From: Tubulanus polymorphus
Lineage: Eukaryota; Animalia; Nemertea
NCBI RefSeq assembly: GCF_964204645.1
Contig: NC_134032.1
Location: forward strand, 8,048,275 to 8,112,274
Reading direction: 5' to 3'
Length of the DNA stretch: 64,000 nt
The notes under the pieces were generated by a model. That model had not been told where the DNA came from and ran no database searches. It worked only from the letters and a program-made list of their open reading frames with translations. Numbering within the stretch: the first letter of the stretch is position 1; the number at the start of each line of letters is the position of its first letter. This document shows, one piece after another, positions 52,601 through 63,559 of the stretch. Both the position numbers and the translations under genes were made by a program.

Positions 52601-54743
52601 CGTTGCATTGTTTCTTCATAGTGACTATGCCAGTTGCGACATCCCAACAACTGAACCCCGCCTTCACGGGGAACTCTGGTCACGCCCTCCTCGCTAACAA
52701 AGACGTCCCCGCAAATATCAATTCGGTTGGATGAAGGTCGTGATAGTCACAGGATTCTTAGATTTGTGATTAGATAAGATTTAGCGTACTTACTGAAATA
52801 GATACATAGCCATGTCCCAGGATTTATCACTGTTTTGTTTGGCCAGTTCTTTCGAGTATTCACAAAAGGAAGCCACGCCGGCGCCGCTGGGCCCGGCTTC
52901 TCCCACGTATTTTGAAGTTTCGTCGCGAATCTTTTGCTGCAGAGAACAAGAAGTTATCGAACATTACTGTTATCCCCAAGTTTAGGTTAGTGTATTACTA
53001 CATCGACTAAACTATGGAAATGGGTTCAGCGTAATATTAAATCCGCACGACTGTAGAACTGTGGGTGAAAAGTTGGAATCATACTTACGGATTCAGAAAG
53101 AGAGAGTGACCGGACTTCGACCATGTTGAAATTGATATCTATTCCGTCCAACTGTTCGTAACTGTAAACATCATTCAACTTCAAAAAAGGAAACATACGA
53201 ACTCATAATGGATTCAAATTTTAACTGGAACAATAGAATCGTGAAAACAAACTCCGCATTATTCTACTGTGGAAATTCAGCTATAAGCATTTTCTGTATT
53301 TATAAGAGCCAGTCGTGTGTAGATGTTAAATAGGATGGAGCCCTTTCTATTATCAGTTAAAGATATTTGACCATAGCGTAAACATCGAAGATGGACCAAC
53401 TTTTGGCTATAACACTTGAAACTCAACAAAAAATCTGCTGAGCTGGATGTAATTAGTCCCAACGAAAAACACGCCTAAAAATGCCAAGAACTAAAATTTG
53501 TGTTTTTGAGAATTTCGTCGCGGTTGATCAATTTACCTTTTGAGCTAACCGTTCCTTGATGGCTTGTATCATGGCGGACTCTGAGTTCGGTTGATGGCGT
53601 CGGCTCCAGTGATCACGCAATTTCGAAGAGACAAAAATCGCTATGTCCACCGTACGCCAATATTTAGCCGGGAAGCCTAGAAGAAATTAGAATAACACAC
53701 AAATGATGAAAATATTGCTAATGACATCTTTCGAAGGTACGTATTGGAGTCTGGAATGCCTATATATAATATACAATATATCTCCTGGAATTATCTTACA
53801 TTGGCATCTTCAAGCGGAATAAGATAAAGTTAGTTTATTACCTATTACTACTGAACTCATTCTTAGGTTTCTCCATAATTTTCGCAGTGATATTCCATTC
53901 AATTGCCTTCTCTATGGTATTAGGCTTTTTACATCCCTTAGGGGAGTCCCTTTTCCACTTTTCTTCACCAGAATTTATAGTGTAGAAAATACATTTATGT
54001 AACTTATCTTATTGTGATTTAGCTGATTTCACATTGTCCTTATCAATAATATAAACTAAGAATAATGAATAAATAATACTTTATTCATAAATAGAGCAAA
54101 ATCCTGTGGAAAAAATCATCACTCTACATGTATAAAAATGCAAAGCGGATTTTGAGATTCAACGGGTTTTAAAAGGAGATGGATTTTTGTCAACTGGTTC
54201 AAGATACGAAAGGAAAAAGTAACAATCGGGATAAACTCAAGATTAGCAAATAGGGCAATTGATGTTTGTTTTTAGGGCATCCAGACACTTACCCTTTCTT
54301 TGCATTGTCTGACAGTTGCCAGCTGAAAAACGGAAACAAAATACGATTGAAATAAATTAGGAAGCAACACCTTTTACATAATTTTCTGGTGAATAATTGA
54401 CTCGTAGCTAAACTTCCTTTTACACTAGTTTTAACTCTAGTGACAAACTCAGAACTAATCGAACCAGAATAGGAAATGAATCAACCAGATGTAAAATAAA
54501 ACAAAGATCTGTAAAAACTTTTCTTACCAAATTAATCGATTTTTCAGAATTTTTTGCATCCTAAAACTTGAAATCTATCTAAATCTCAAAATCTATTGTT
54601 TGAACGTAGAAAAACTACCTCTTACTACGTATATATCATACCATCATTTGATTACATATTTCACAAATTCACTCACCTGCCACAGTCGCCAAGCAGGACG
54701 ATAGATAAACAACTACGATAGCAGAAGCAGAAAGATTCACCAT
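49632..54743 (-). CDS. Secreted ADAMTS-like reprolysin metalloprotease, gene 3 (~379 aa; last two exons tentative)
   Basis: Exons 54677-54743, 54293-54322, 53537-53676, 53089-53178, 52794-52936, 51936-51970, 51723-51849, 51450-51563, 50765-50990, 50315-50422, 49736-49771, 49632-49655. Motifs TVDIAIFV, SFCEY..WDMAMYL, IGSVC..NCGVV, AHEIGHLLGFLH, GIM..FTWSQC, PCMD..LPG, YGKSC. Confidence 0.85.
51995..52235. repeat. Degenerate ~60-bp tandem repeat x~4 in an intron of gene 3
   Basis: CTG(A/G)ATC..TGA..(C/T)ATT.A.AA.GA...TCGTC units at 52021, 52081, 52141, 52198. Confidence 0.7.
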
Positions 54744-55558
54744 TTTGAGTTCACGCAGTATCGTCTGCGAACTGTCGGTGATAGCGTTCATTTAGCCCGT
54801 GTGATAAACACGCCAGACGTCACTGAGCAAACATTTTGCAATCTAGTTCTACAACGTTTAACTTGATTCCGACATGAAATCGTTCTGCACCGCCCAAATC
54901 AAATCAAAAACAGATTACAGTAAGACCTCCTATGGGAACACCTACTAACCCTATCGAACTTATCCCTCATTTGAACTAGTTGTTTAGAGAACCTCAACAC
55001 CTTCTCTACAGCGGGTTGTAATCTTTTTCTTCGGTGGAAGGTCAAACCCAGTATAGGTAAAAATCCCCTAGTTAAAAATCCCCGAATCTTCAAAGTAGGT
55101 AAAAATCATTGGATCCAGTAAATTCATTGGATCTGAAAGGGAATTTAGAGCAGTACATGTACTGATTTTGCAACGCCTTGCCTTTTTCTAGGTCCAACAC
55201 ATATTTCCCTCACTTTTAAAAGAAGACGTCTTCTGACTTTGAAACATGTTCCGTTCGGGAACATATTACCTCCATTGTTAAATGGCACCATTAATATTTA
55301 CCAGGTTTTACCCCCTAAAAAAATCCTCACGGGTATAAGTATTCGGGATGACCCACTATGTATTTTGTATTTTAGTATTGTTTTAGTACCATCTTCGAAT
55401 ATAGTATATACTAGTACAAATGATTTTTTGAACCACGAGCTCTTGAATGAAGGGTTTTGTGTGCTTATTAAATAGCTAATTGCTTAGAGAGGAAATATGT
55501 ACAAAAATGTCTTCTCGGCTAGGGTATGCACCGTAACCGATCACGATTGACCGCCTAT

Positions 55559-56169
55559 TTACTTGTATATTATTCGGATGAAACTTATCCACGTCCGCAA
55601 TACAAAATATGACGAAGTATATCTGTATTGACAAGATATCAGATGAGCAGCCGTATTCTTAGGATTCTCCCTTGAGTTACACAATTTTCTGTCGCAACAC
55701 GTTATTGAGTAACTGTACGTGTTGTAAATCTCCTTGTATTTTTTGGTGCAATCTCTGTTATTGGTGACATTGGCGCAACCTTTTATTCCGAAGTCATCGC
55801 TCAATGATTGAACGAACTGCTTGAAAATACGGACTAAACTAATAATAATTTTGATGATTTCACCAGTCATTCACAAACGAAAAATAAACGCACCACACAA
55901 GCTTTATTGCCTTCTATGCCTGACTCATTCGCACTATAAACGGACCAATCATAACATTCTTGACTTATTCTTAACTTCTTTGAATTCACTGATAGCATCG
56001 TTTTACATTTTTACAACTGGCTACTGAAATCATAGATCGCTAAGACATTAAACCCCATCCTCAATCAAGAGGAAACAATCAAAAATCCATTTTTCTAACT
56101 ATCGAGTATATACTTACAACGCAGAGAAAATAGTATCAGAAAAATACACGTAATTCGCAAGTTTGACAT
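55559..56169 (-). pseudogene. Ly6/uPAR three-finger gene copy B, disabled
   Basis: Same three-exon layout as 58823-59448 (MSNLRITCIFLIL, KRCYQ, CCDRKLCN), but exon 2 reads CAG TGA with a net 17-nt insertion at ~55966-55987. Confidence 0.8.
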
Positions 56170-56309
56170 TGCTTCGTCTAAAATCAGAAAATCAATCGTA
56201 AAGGGGGATGCAGAGGAGCTCTTCTAAAGGTGAAATTTGTTTTTGGTAGTAACGTTTTATTACTTTTTAGGGTATCGTTCAATGGTGAAAGAAAAAGTTA
56301 TCAGTTTTT

Positions 56310-56365
56310 CTTTATATATTTCAATGGAAATTGGCAAAATTCCCGTGGCATGATACGAACATTGC
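56310..56365 (-). pseudogene. Deletion remnant of a GPCR copy
   Basis: 56270-56339 aligns to 59562-59634 (GPCR stop region), then joins sequence matching 60926-60948 (TTCCC.G.GGCATGATACGAACA). Confidence 0.6.
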
Positions 56366-56801
56366 CGATGTGTATAATATAAGCTTACGCGCTGAGTGCT
56401 AGGCAATAAATACACTTATTGGATATACGTTGATGCGCTCATGGCGTTTGCAAGTCCCTTCGACAACCAATCTGGTGTTTCGATACACTGAACAAAGTAA
56501 CACACAGATGAATCATTTATGTTTTTTGATTATTCGATTCAAGAGATAAAATGTTTTATTCAGTGATTTGTAAGTTGTAGATCGCGATAAACAAGCTCCG
56601 AATCGATGATATAAATCGAAATGAATTGAATTGAATTGGCTCATGTCTCAGACCGATTTTGATACCGGCTATTACGGAATACCAAGTCGATAACGATGAA
56701 CGATGAACGATGATAGGTGACGCGCGTTGCGTGAATGATCGATATCTATCACATCGGGCGTCAAGGATTTTAGTGTATTTCTAAAAAAAGGGACTGACGA
56801 C

Positions 56802-56961
56802 CACACCTGACGATGATCTCTAGGGTGAGATCGAAACGACGTGTATTCTATATATTTTAGATTGAATAAATAAATTCTTGTTTTTAAATTCTTTCAATCT
56901 GTAGATAGTGGGTTTTTATCTTATTATCCGTTCACCACGTTCGAGTGTGGTTATTGTTCTA
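56802..56961 (+). mobile_element. Penelope-like terminal repeat with minimal hammerhead motif at 56802-56845
   Basis: CACAC-CTGACGA-T-GATCTC-TAGGGT-GAGATC-GAAA-CGAC-GTGTA followed by AATAAA; near-identical to the 6231-6445 repeat. Confidence 0.65.
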
Positions 56962-57803
56962 ATAGGGACTATTCTCACTACGTGGCGGACAGACGGAAGA
57001 AGTCAGTTTGGCTTTGGTTTTCCTCGCTGCCGGACGTGCGTTTTACGGTTGTGGTGGTTCACAGTTAGGCTTTGTTCTGTGAGCGTGTACTTATGTGAAC
57101 TGTGTGTCTTCCTTTGTGCAGTTTGGAGTCTGTCGTCCGGGATATTCCACTGTGTGGAAGTCTAGTGTATTTGTCGCCTCCTGTGTGCGGGCTGGAGGGC
57201 TGTGTGCCCTGGAGTGTACTGTGTGCGGTTAAGAATATAAGAATAAAGAGTATAAATGAATTATGAGGCATTTTAGGGCAGAGAAAACTCGAGAGGTCAA
57301 GGTTGATAGTTCTCCATTTGTATTGTGTATTTCGGTTTACTACGTTAGTCCCACTATTGTGAGATTTATCGGTCAGGCAGTCGTCTATAATTTCGGTTTT
57401 CTGATCTGTTTCGGCGATTTTATTTAGCGCATTTTCGTTTCCATGGAGAGTTTAATCGCACTCTACGCGTGATTTTAGTTTGCTCCGTTCGACGTGTCAA
57501 ATACCCTAAATGTTTAGTTTTATGCGATGTTTTATGTTTTATGCCGCCTTTTGACCACTCATGTTTTAGGACGTTCTTTGTTTTCTTTATGACTGGTCAG
57601 CTGCTTTTTACTTTTGCCCTTGTATTTCACCGGTCTTACTTAATGATGATCAATGTCTTTTACCGTTTTCGATGTGGAAATAGCCGATTGCATAAGATTT
57701 GAGCGTCTTAAACCCGTTGGTTGTTTACGCTGGTAATAAAGTTAGATCGTTTAAATGTGTTGTTTTATTGCGTCCTATTTTCAATTCTCTATCCGCAGAC
57801 CTC

Positions 57804-57920
57804 TTAAGCCGGGTGTAGGTCGGCCTTGCGACGCGACGCTATCGTCGCGTTGCGTCAAAAGTGGCCGCGCAAGTCGGTTGTCGGCGACTGTGTGCGACTA
57901 AAGTTGAACATGTGCGACTC
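57804..57920. mobile_element. Harbinger-like MITE fragment
   Basis: TTAAGCCGGGTGTAGGTC..GCGACGCGAC..GTCGCGTTGCG..AAGTTGAACATG, GCGAC-repeat architecture like 35160-35740. Confidence 0.4.
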
Positions 57921-58822
57921 ATTGCACCCGCCTTAGTGTCCGTTGTCATGGCTTCGGTAATGTTGGCTGGGGGGGGGTTAGTATACTCCCTTTTTAGTTG
58001 CTTTTGGGTCACTGTACGATCTGTTTTGAGGGTGTGGATTCTATTTTCCGGCGACGATTACCGTTGGGTAACTTCTGAGGGGTTGCTTTTCCTTCCCTCT
58101 GGTCATGGTCATGTTACCGCGGCCGATGATGCTTATGAACCATTGTATGTTATTTTCTTCTAGTGTTTAGGGGAGTTCAGTCCCGTAGGGCTTCAACATG
58201 TTTTCTCAGTTAAATGCGATTTTTGAGGTTTATTCCGAGTTTGTAACTCGGGATAAACTAGTTATCTCAGTTAAATGCGATTTTTAGAGGTTAATTCCGA
58301 GTTGGTATTCCGAGTTGGTAATATGTCCTAACGCCGTTTCTATATCGGCACCCGTCACTTAGTAAAGTAGTAAAGGATATAACAACATTAATCATATACA
58401 TGATTGGATTCTTTTCAGACCTAAGAAACAGTATTTACCTAATTTTAGCAATTCGTTCTGGTTCTGCGTACTCAATAGTTGAGCAAATTTATGTACAGAT
58501 GGGTATCTATAATAATAACGTTTTATAAATTTCCGTCGTAAATCATGAAATCTAGGGCATTTTAGAATAAAATGGTATTCTTCTTCAAGATAAGTTCCAT
58601 CGCAAATCCTCTGTTGTCTCTCCAGTGGTGGTCGTTGCCACCTCCCCGTTTCGATTAATTAGATATGACTACTCATTCGTATTTTAGCTATACTTTTACG
58701 GTAATTTGTATTAATCAGTCTTGAATATGTTTCTTTTTCAAAAATTGATTTTGATTCTCTGTAGAATGTAACTTTTCAGTATTCGTTTAGCTAGCTATTC
58801 GTTTAACCAGCTTTGGTTTTCT

Positions 58823-59448
58823 TCAGTTGTATATTTTCTGTATTAAAAAACTTAGCCACGTCCACAATATAAGATATAGGGATGTATATCTGAATTGATA
58901 CGGAATCGGATGAGCAGCCGTATTCTTAGGGGACTTCTTTGCGTTGCACAATTCCCCATAACAACACGATATTGAGTGTTGATTAGAGTTGTAGATCTTC
59001 TTGTATTTTTCGATGCAATCTCTGTTATCGGTGACATTGGCGCATCCTTTCATTCCGAAGTCTTCGTTCATCGATTGAACGAACTGTTTGAAAATACGGA
59101 AAAAACTGATATTAATAATATTGCTGGCAAAAATTCATCAACTATTCACAAAAGAAAGATTTAACGCACCACACAAGCTTTATTGTCTTCCGCGCACGAC
59201 ACGTTCGCGATATAAAAAGACCGATCGTAACATTCTTGACCTTCGCACTGATAACATCGCTTTACATTTTGGCAGCTGGCTACTGCAATCATAGATCGAT
59301 ATGAAAGTTAGATAGCTCCGTCGATCGTCAATCAAGAGGATTGAATCGAAACACCATTATTTTGCTTTCGATAATTAAATCGATATTCATACTTACGACG
59401 CACAGCCAATAATATCAGAAAAATACACGTAATTCGCAAGTATGACAT
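58823..59448 (-). CDS. Ly6/uPAR (three-finger, quiver/sleepless-like) protein with signal peptide and probable GPI signal, copy A
   Basis: Exons 59397-59448, ~59170-59282, ~58823-59083: MSYLRITCIFLILLAVRLASCQNVKRCYQCEGQEC..SC..AC..KGC..DC..SCCYGELCN then a hydrophobic tail; 10-Cys LU pattern. Confidence 0.88.
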
Positions 59449-59595
59449 TTTGCTTCGTCTTAAAAAAGAATTAGAAAATCAATCAAGATGCGCATGTTTA
59501 TACTCATTCGAACGTAGAATTTGTACTTCTCGCTTGGGCAATTATGTTTTATTTCTATCTCAGGATATAGTTCAAAAGTGAGTAAGAAAGTATTG

Positions 59596-61026
59596 TCAGT
59601 TTTTCTTGCAATATTTCATTGGTAAGTGGCAAAAAGTCGCTGCGAATTTGCGTCTGAAATCGGCAATGGTGAAGAGATACACAAAAAGGTTAACGGTGAA
59701 AGATAAAAAGCGAAGGGGTTCTAAAATACCTTCTAGATATATGCCTAGTCGCTCAAAAAAAATTGACCTTATATGACCTATGATCCAAGCTAGTGCCTTG
59801 CTAGGACTCATTGAGAAAACGTTCAAACCATTGTACTGCAAAACTTTGAAGATCATAAGATTAATTCTTCTAAAGGAAATGGCGATCGAATACGGGCCGA
59901 TAAGTATCAAAAATACCAGCACGACACAAGTCAGAGTTTTGTGACTTCTGGCAGTCTGGCGACTTACAGCAATATTTTTGAAATCCGATTTTGAAAAGTA
60001 TCGCGAAAACATAGTTAACAACGAGAAAATCAATGCAAGACATACTGGAAGTAGATCGGCCACCAGAGAGTGAATCATGGGACACGCGCTTGCAAAAAGG
60101 CTATCATGCGATTTAGGTTCCGTTTCCAAAGTATCACATGAAAAAGTCAAGCGGCTTGTTTGGTTGATCGTTGGGTAATCGTTCACGGCATGAAAGGTAA
60201 TTACGCCGGATGGATCATGCAATTTTCGAAAGATCTCGATCGGAAAATTTAACATACCTAGAGCTACAAGAATAGTAACCGATTGAATTCGTCTTGTGAC
60301 CGAGAAGAATTTCATGTGATTAAATGGAGCGTACACAGCCCACCATCGTTCAAATGCCATCGCAATAACGATCCAATTCGAGATAAAACTTGTCGAAGAC
60401 CCAACAGCTTTTATTAGAATACAACAGACGGGGGATAGAAATGAAAAATCATAATGAATAAGATAGTTGATTATCGGACAAGATCCGCTTAACGTATATC
60501 TATTATCTCTCAACCAGCGTCGACCACAGAGGCGTTTCCATTGGGGAAAGAGTTCTACAAAGTAACTAACCCAAGGTTGACTGTGCATCAAACCTCTGAA
60601 CACAACAAACGTTTGGTCAGATATAGTGAGCGATATGTAATAGACATACATGTTCCTTACAGAAATACAGCGACGACATTTGAACAGAGTGACCATATTC
60701 AAGGTATTTAAGATAAAACCTATAGGAAATATGAAGACGGGTAACGCTCGACGAACATACTCGAGTTCTTCGTAAATGAAAGGCATTCCCAATGGAAATA
60801 CTTGGCTTGCCACGCCACCCATTTCTACGTAATAACACTTTACCTTACCTTTTCGTGATTGGACGATATGAATTGTGCACCGATAGAACATTCCCAGCAA
60901 AAATATAATACGCCGCCGTGTATATTCCCCGAGGCATGATACGAACACAGATATTTTTTGGGTTATCTCTAAGATCACATGTAGTAACCATTGTTTTGAG
61001 TGGAACCGCATTTTGCTTTCCACCAT
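59596..61026 (-). CDS. Intronless class A (rhodopsin-like) orphan peptide/chemosensory-type GPCR; true start probably a downstream Met (~60823 or ~60787)
   Basis: Seven hydrophobic segments; TM1 GFILN, TM2 LTISD, TM3 C..AMAFERWWAV, TM5 LLP, TM6 FLILIGP, TM7 NLFVY followed by FR. Confidence 0.88.
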   Translation of the reverse strand: MVESKMRFHSKQWLLHVILEITQKISVFVSCLGEYTRRRIIFLLGMFYRCTIHIVQSRKGKVKCYYVEMGGVASQVFPLGMPFIYEELEYVRRALPVFIFPIGFILNTLNMVTLFKCRRCISVRNMYVYYISLTISDQTFVVFRGLMHSQPWVSYFVELFPQWKRLCGRRWLRDNRYTLSGSCPIINYLIHYDFSFLSPVCCILIKAVGSSTSFISNWIVIAMAFERWWAVYAPFNHMKFFSVTRRIQSVTILVALGMLNFPIEIFRKLHDPSGVITFHAVNDYPTINQTSRLTFSCDTLETEPKSHDSLFASACPMIHSLVADLLPVCLALIFSLLTMFSRYFSKSDFKNIAVSRQTARSHKTLTCVVLVFLILIGPYSIAISFRRINLMIFKVLQYNGLNVFSMSPSKALAWIIGHIRSIFFERLGIYLEGILEPLRFLSFTVNLFVYLFTIADFRRKFAATFCHLPMKYCKKN

Positions 61027-61200
61027 GTTTGGAGCTATCCCTCTACATTCGAATGTATAGATTAGAATTATTTTTGAAATGTATCACTTCGAATAAGTCT
61101 CTAGAGGAAAATACCGATATCATCGATCTGAAAATGCTCGCGGGAATTAACGGTAGAAAATTAGTTAAGTGTAGACTTTACTAGATACATAAACGATCGA

Positions 61201-63548
61201 AGTAAATAGGAAAATGTTGTTTCAAGCAAAAAGTCGAGAGGTCGAGTGAGTAGAAAATTAAAATAAATTATCGCACGCTCGAATTTATTTTAATTTTCTA
61301 CTCACTCGCCCTCTCAACCTTCGACTTGAAACAACACTTTCCTATTTACTCATATAATATTCATATTTTAAAAGTGTGAGTTAAGTGTTAGCATAATAAT
61401 CTAGATAAATAAGATCAAACATAGATTTCGAATAATAAAAAATCAATTTTTAAACATAAAAAGTGTGAGTGAAATAATTCATATTTTAAACATTGAATAT
61501 TTATATTTATATGCGTTAAATTCTTATTTCTAAACATAAACAGTGTGAGTAAAGTGTGAGTGAAATAATTCATATTTTGAACATTGAATATTTATATCTA
61601 TATGCGTTAAATTCTAATTTTTAAACATAAAAAGTTTGAGTAAAGTGTGAGTGAAATAATTCATATTCTAAACATTGAATATTTATATTAATATGCGTTA
61701 AATTCTTATTTTAATAAAAGTTTTGTTATTGAAATGAAGAAAGAAGAAGAACCTAAATTCAAATTCGAAATAAAAGATACTAATAACTTATTTTCACAGT
61801 TTAACATTGAGAATTATATTTCAGCATCAAATTTAGTGCATAAGAGGCATTATAAAATTGATAATATTACTGTAATTAATCAAATATTATCAAAATAAAA
61901 CATATTTAATTACTGAACTAATAGATACTTTTGATGATGGAATCAAAAATCCGAAAACATTTAATACAGTTTTAAATTATAAAGGAACTTTAGATGAAAA
62001 CATAATGCATATTCTTCAAATTCCTTTTAATGAAAGAAATTATGATTTAATACTGTCTAAAAGTTACAATGATTTGATTATTTTAAGAATTGAAAAAGAC
62101 AATTATATTATTTCAATTTTGATAATAAACAAATTATCTATAATGAAAATTCATCAAATATTGGAATTCAATGTGAATCAGTTAATGATGATAATTCTTA
62201 TAAAGATATGGGAATTCAATGTAATTTAGATGATGAATTTAGAAAATTCATTCCTAATGAGAAAGTGTATCGTGATTGTGGAGGTAAATATTTTAGATCA
62301 CATAAATCAAAACATTATCAAACAATAAAACATATCAAATATGAAGAGAATAATAATTCTATATTGAAATAAGATTAAGCTGTATGTTTCAAATATACAA
62401 TAGTTAAAACATTGTGAAATAAGTTAATTAATAACTGTAAGACTGTAAGTTTAATTGTTATTTGATTTAATCATTTTAAAGTTTAATATTTCAAAAATAT
62501 TGAATTAAAAACTATCAAATATTTATCAATTTTTAATTTTTTTTCCCTAAATAAATGGATGGTTTCATTCCAACTGGAAGTAGTGATTCAAAACATTATT
62601 TAGTTGCTGGAGGGTTAATATTGGCAACGCTTAACTTTTACTATGAAAATATCAGTAAAGATTTGATGAATGAAAATATGAAATTAAGTAAGAAATTAAA
62701 GAAGTTAAATGGAGACACAATCAAAAAGAATTAGGGGATAAAAAAGCATCTTTTAATTTAATTTATTTTATATATTTTAACTACCGGTATAAAAATGAGT
62801 GAAAATATATCAAATTTATTACATCTCATTTACAGAAATCAAGAGCGCATTAAGTTGATAATTATGATTTCAGGATTATTATTCTTTTCATTTTAAAGTA
62901 TAAAACAGCTGTTAGAATTCTATGATAATTGCAAAATTAGATACGCTGAATTAAAAGATAACATAAATTATCTATCGGATAGAAATCATAATATTAAGTG
63001 TTGTGAAATATGTAATAAAAGATATAAAAATGAAAATCATTAAAAACTCATAAATATATTCATGCATTAAATGAAAAATTATACGAATCAAAATAAGAAA
63101 TTAGACTGTTAAATTGGTTGAAAATATATTGTAAAAATAATATTTCATTAAAAAGGGGAGGTTTTAAGTATTAAGGTATCTAATACGTATTAAATACGTA
63201 TCAAATGCAAATTATGCTTTATTTCTGAAATGTTGATTGTTGTAATGTTGTAATTTATTCATATATGATATTAGTGGTATCTTTACGCTGACTAGAATAA
63301 TATGAGTGATACTAAGATAGTTGGTTTATTGTTTTTCTAATATGATTTTAGTCAAATGTAAAGAAATTTAAAGTAAACGAGAATTTAATTTTAAAAAAAC
63401 AATAGGTTTCTTTATCTTTAACTAAATAATACTAGCTTATTCAATTCTAATGTTTTTATTATTGAATCTATTTAAAATATTATAATTTTTATTTTCTACT
63501 CACTCGACCTCTCGACCTTTGGCTTGAAACAACACTTTCCTATTTACT
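61201..63548. mobile_element. Non-autonomous Polinton/Maverick-like insertion (2348 bp)
   Basis: AG...CT termini, ~65-bp TIR (AGTAAATAGGAAA.TGTTGTTTCAAGC..A.GTCGAGAGGTCGAGTGAGTAGAAAAT), 6-bp TSD GATCGA at 61195-61200 and 63549-63554; very AT-rich interior with decayed small ORFs including zinc-finger-like remnants. Confidence 0.75.
61450..61712 (+). repeat. 80-91-bp tandem repeat x3 inside the Polinton-like element
   Basis: AAACATAAAAAGTGTGAGTGAAATAATTCATATTTTAAACATTGAATATTTATAT..ATATGCGTTAAATTCT at ~61452, 61532, 61623. Confidence 0.9.
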
Positions 63549-63559
63549 GATCGAAAATC

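Noticed and set aside
56960-58200. GT-rich ORFs of 68-100 aa
   Set aside because: Low-complexity, repeat-derived composition next to a Penelope-like repeat; no protein family signal.
55559-59448. Ly6 genes as secreted three-finger toxins
   Set aside because: Both retain a C-terminal hydrophobic GPI-type tail after CCxxxxCN, indicating membrane-anchored LU proteins.
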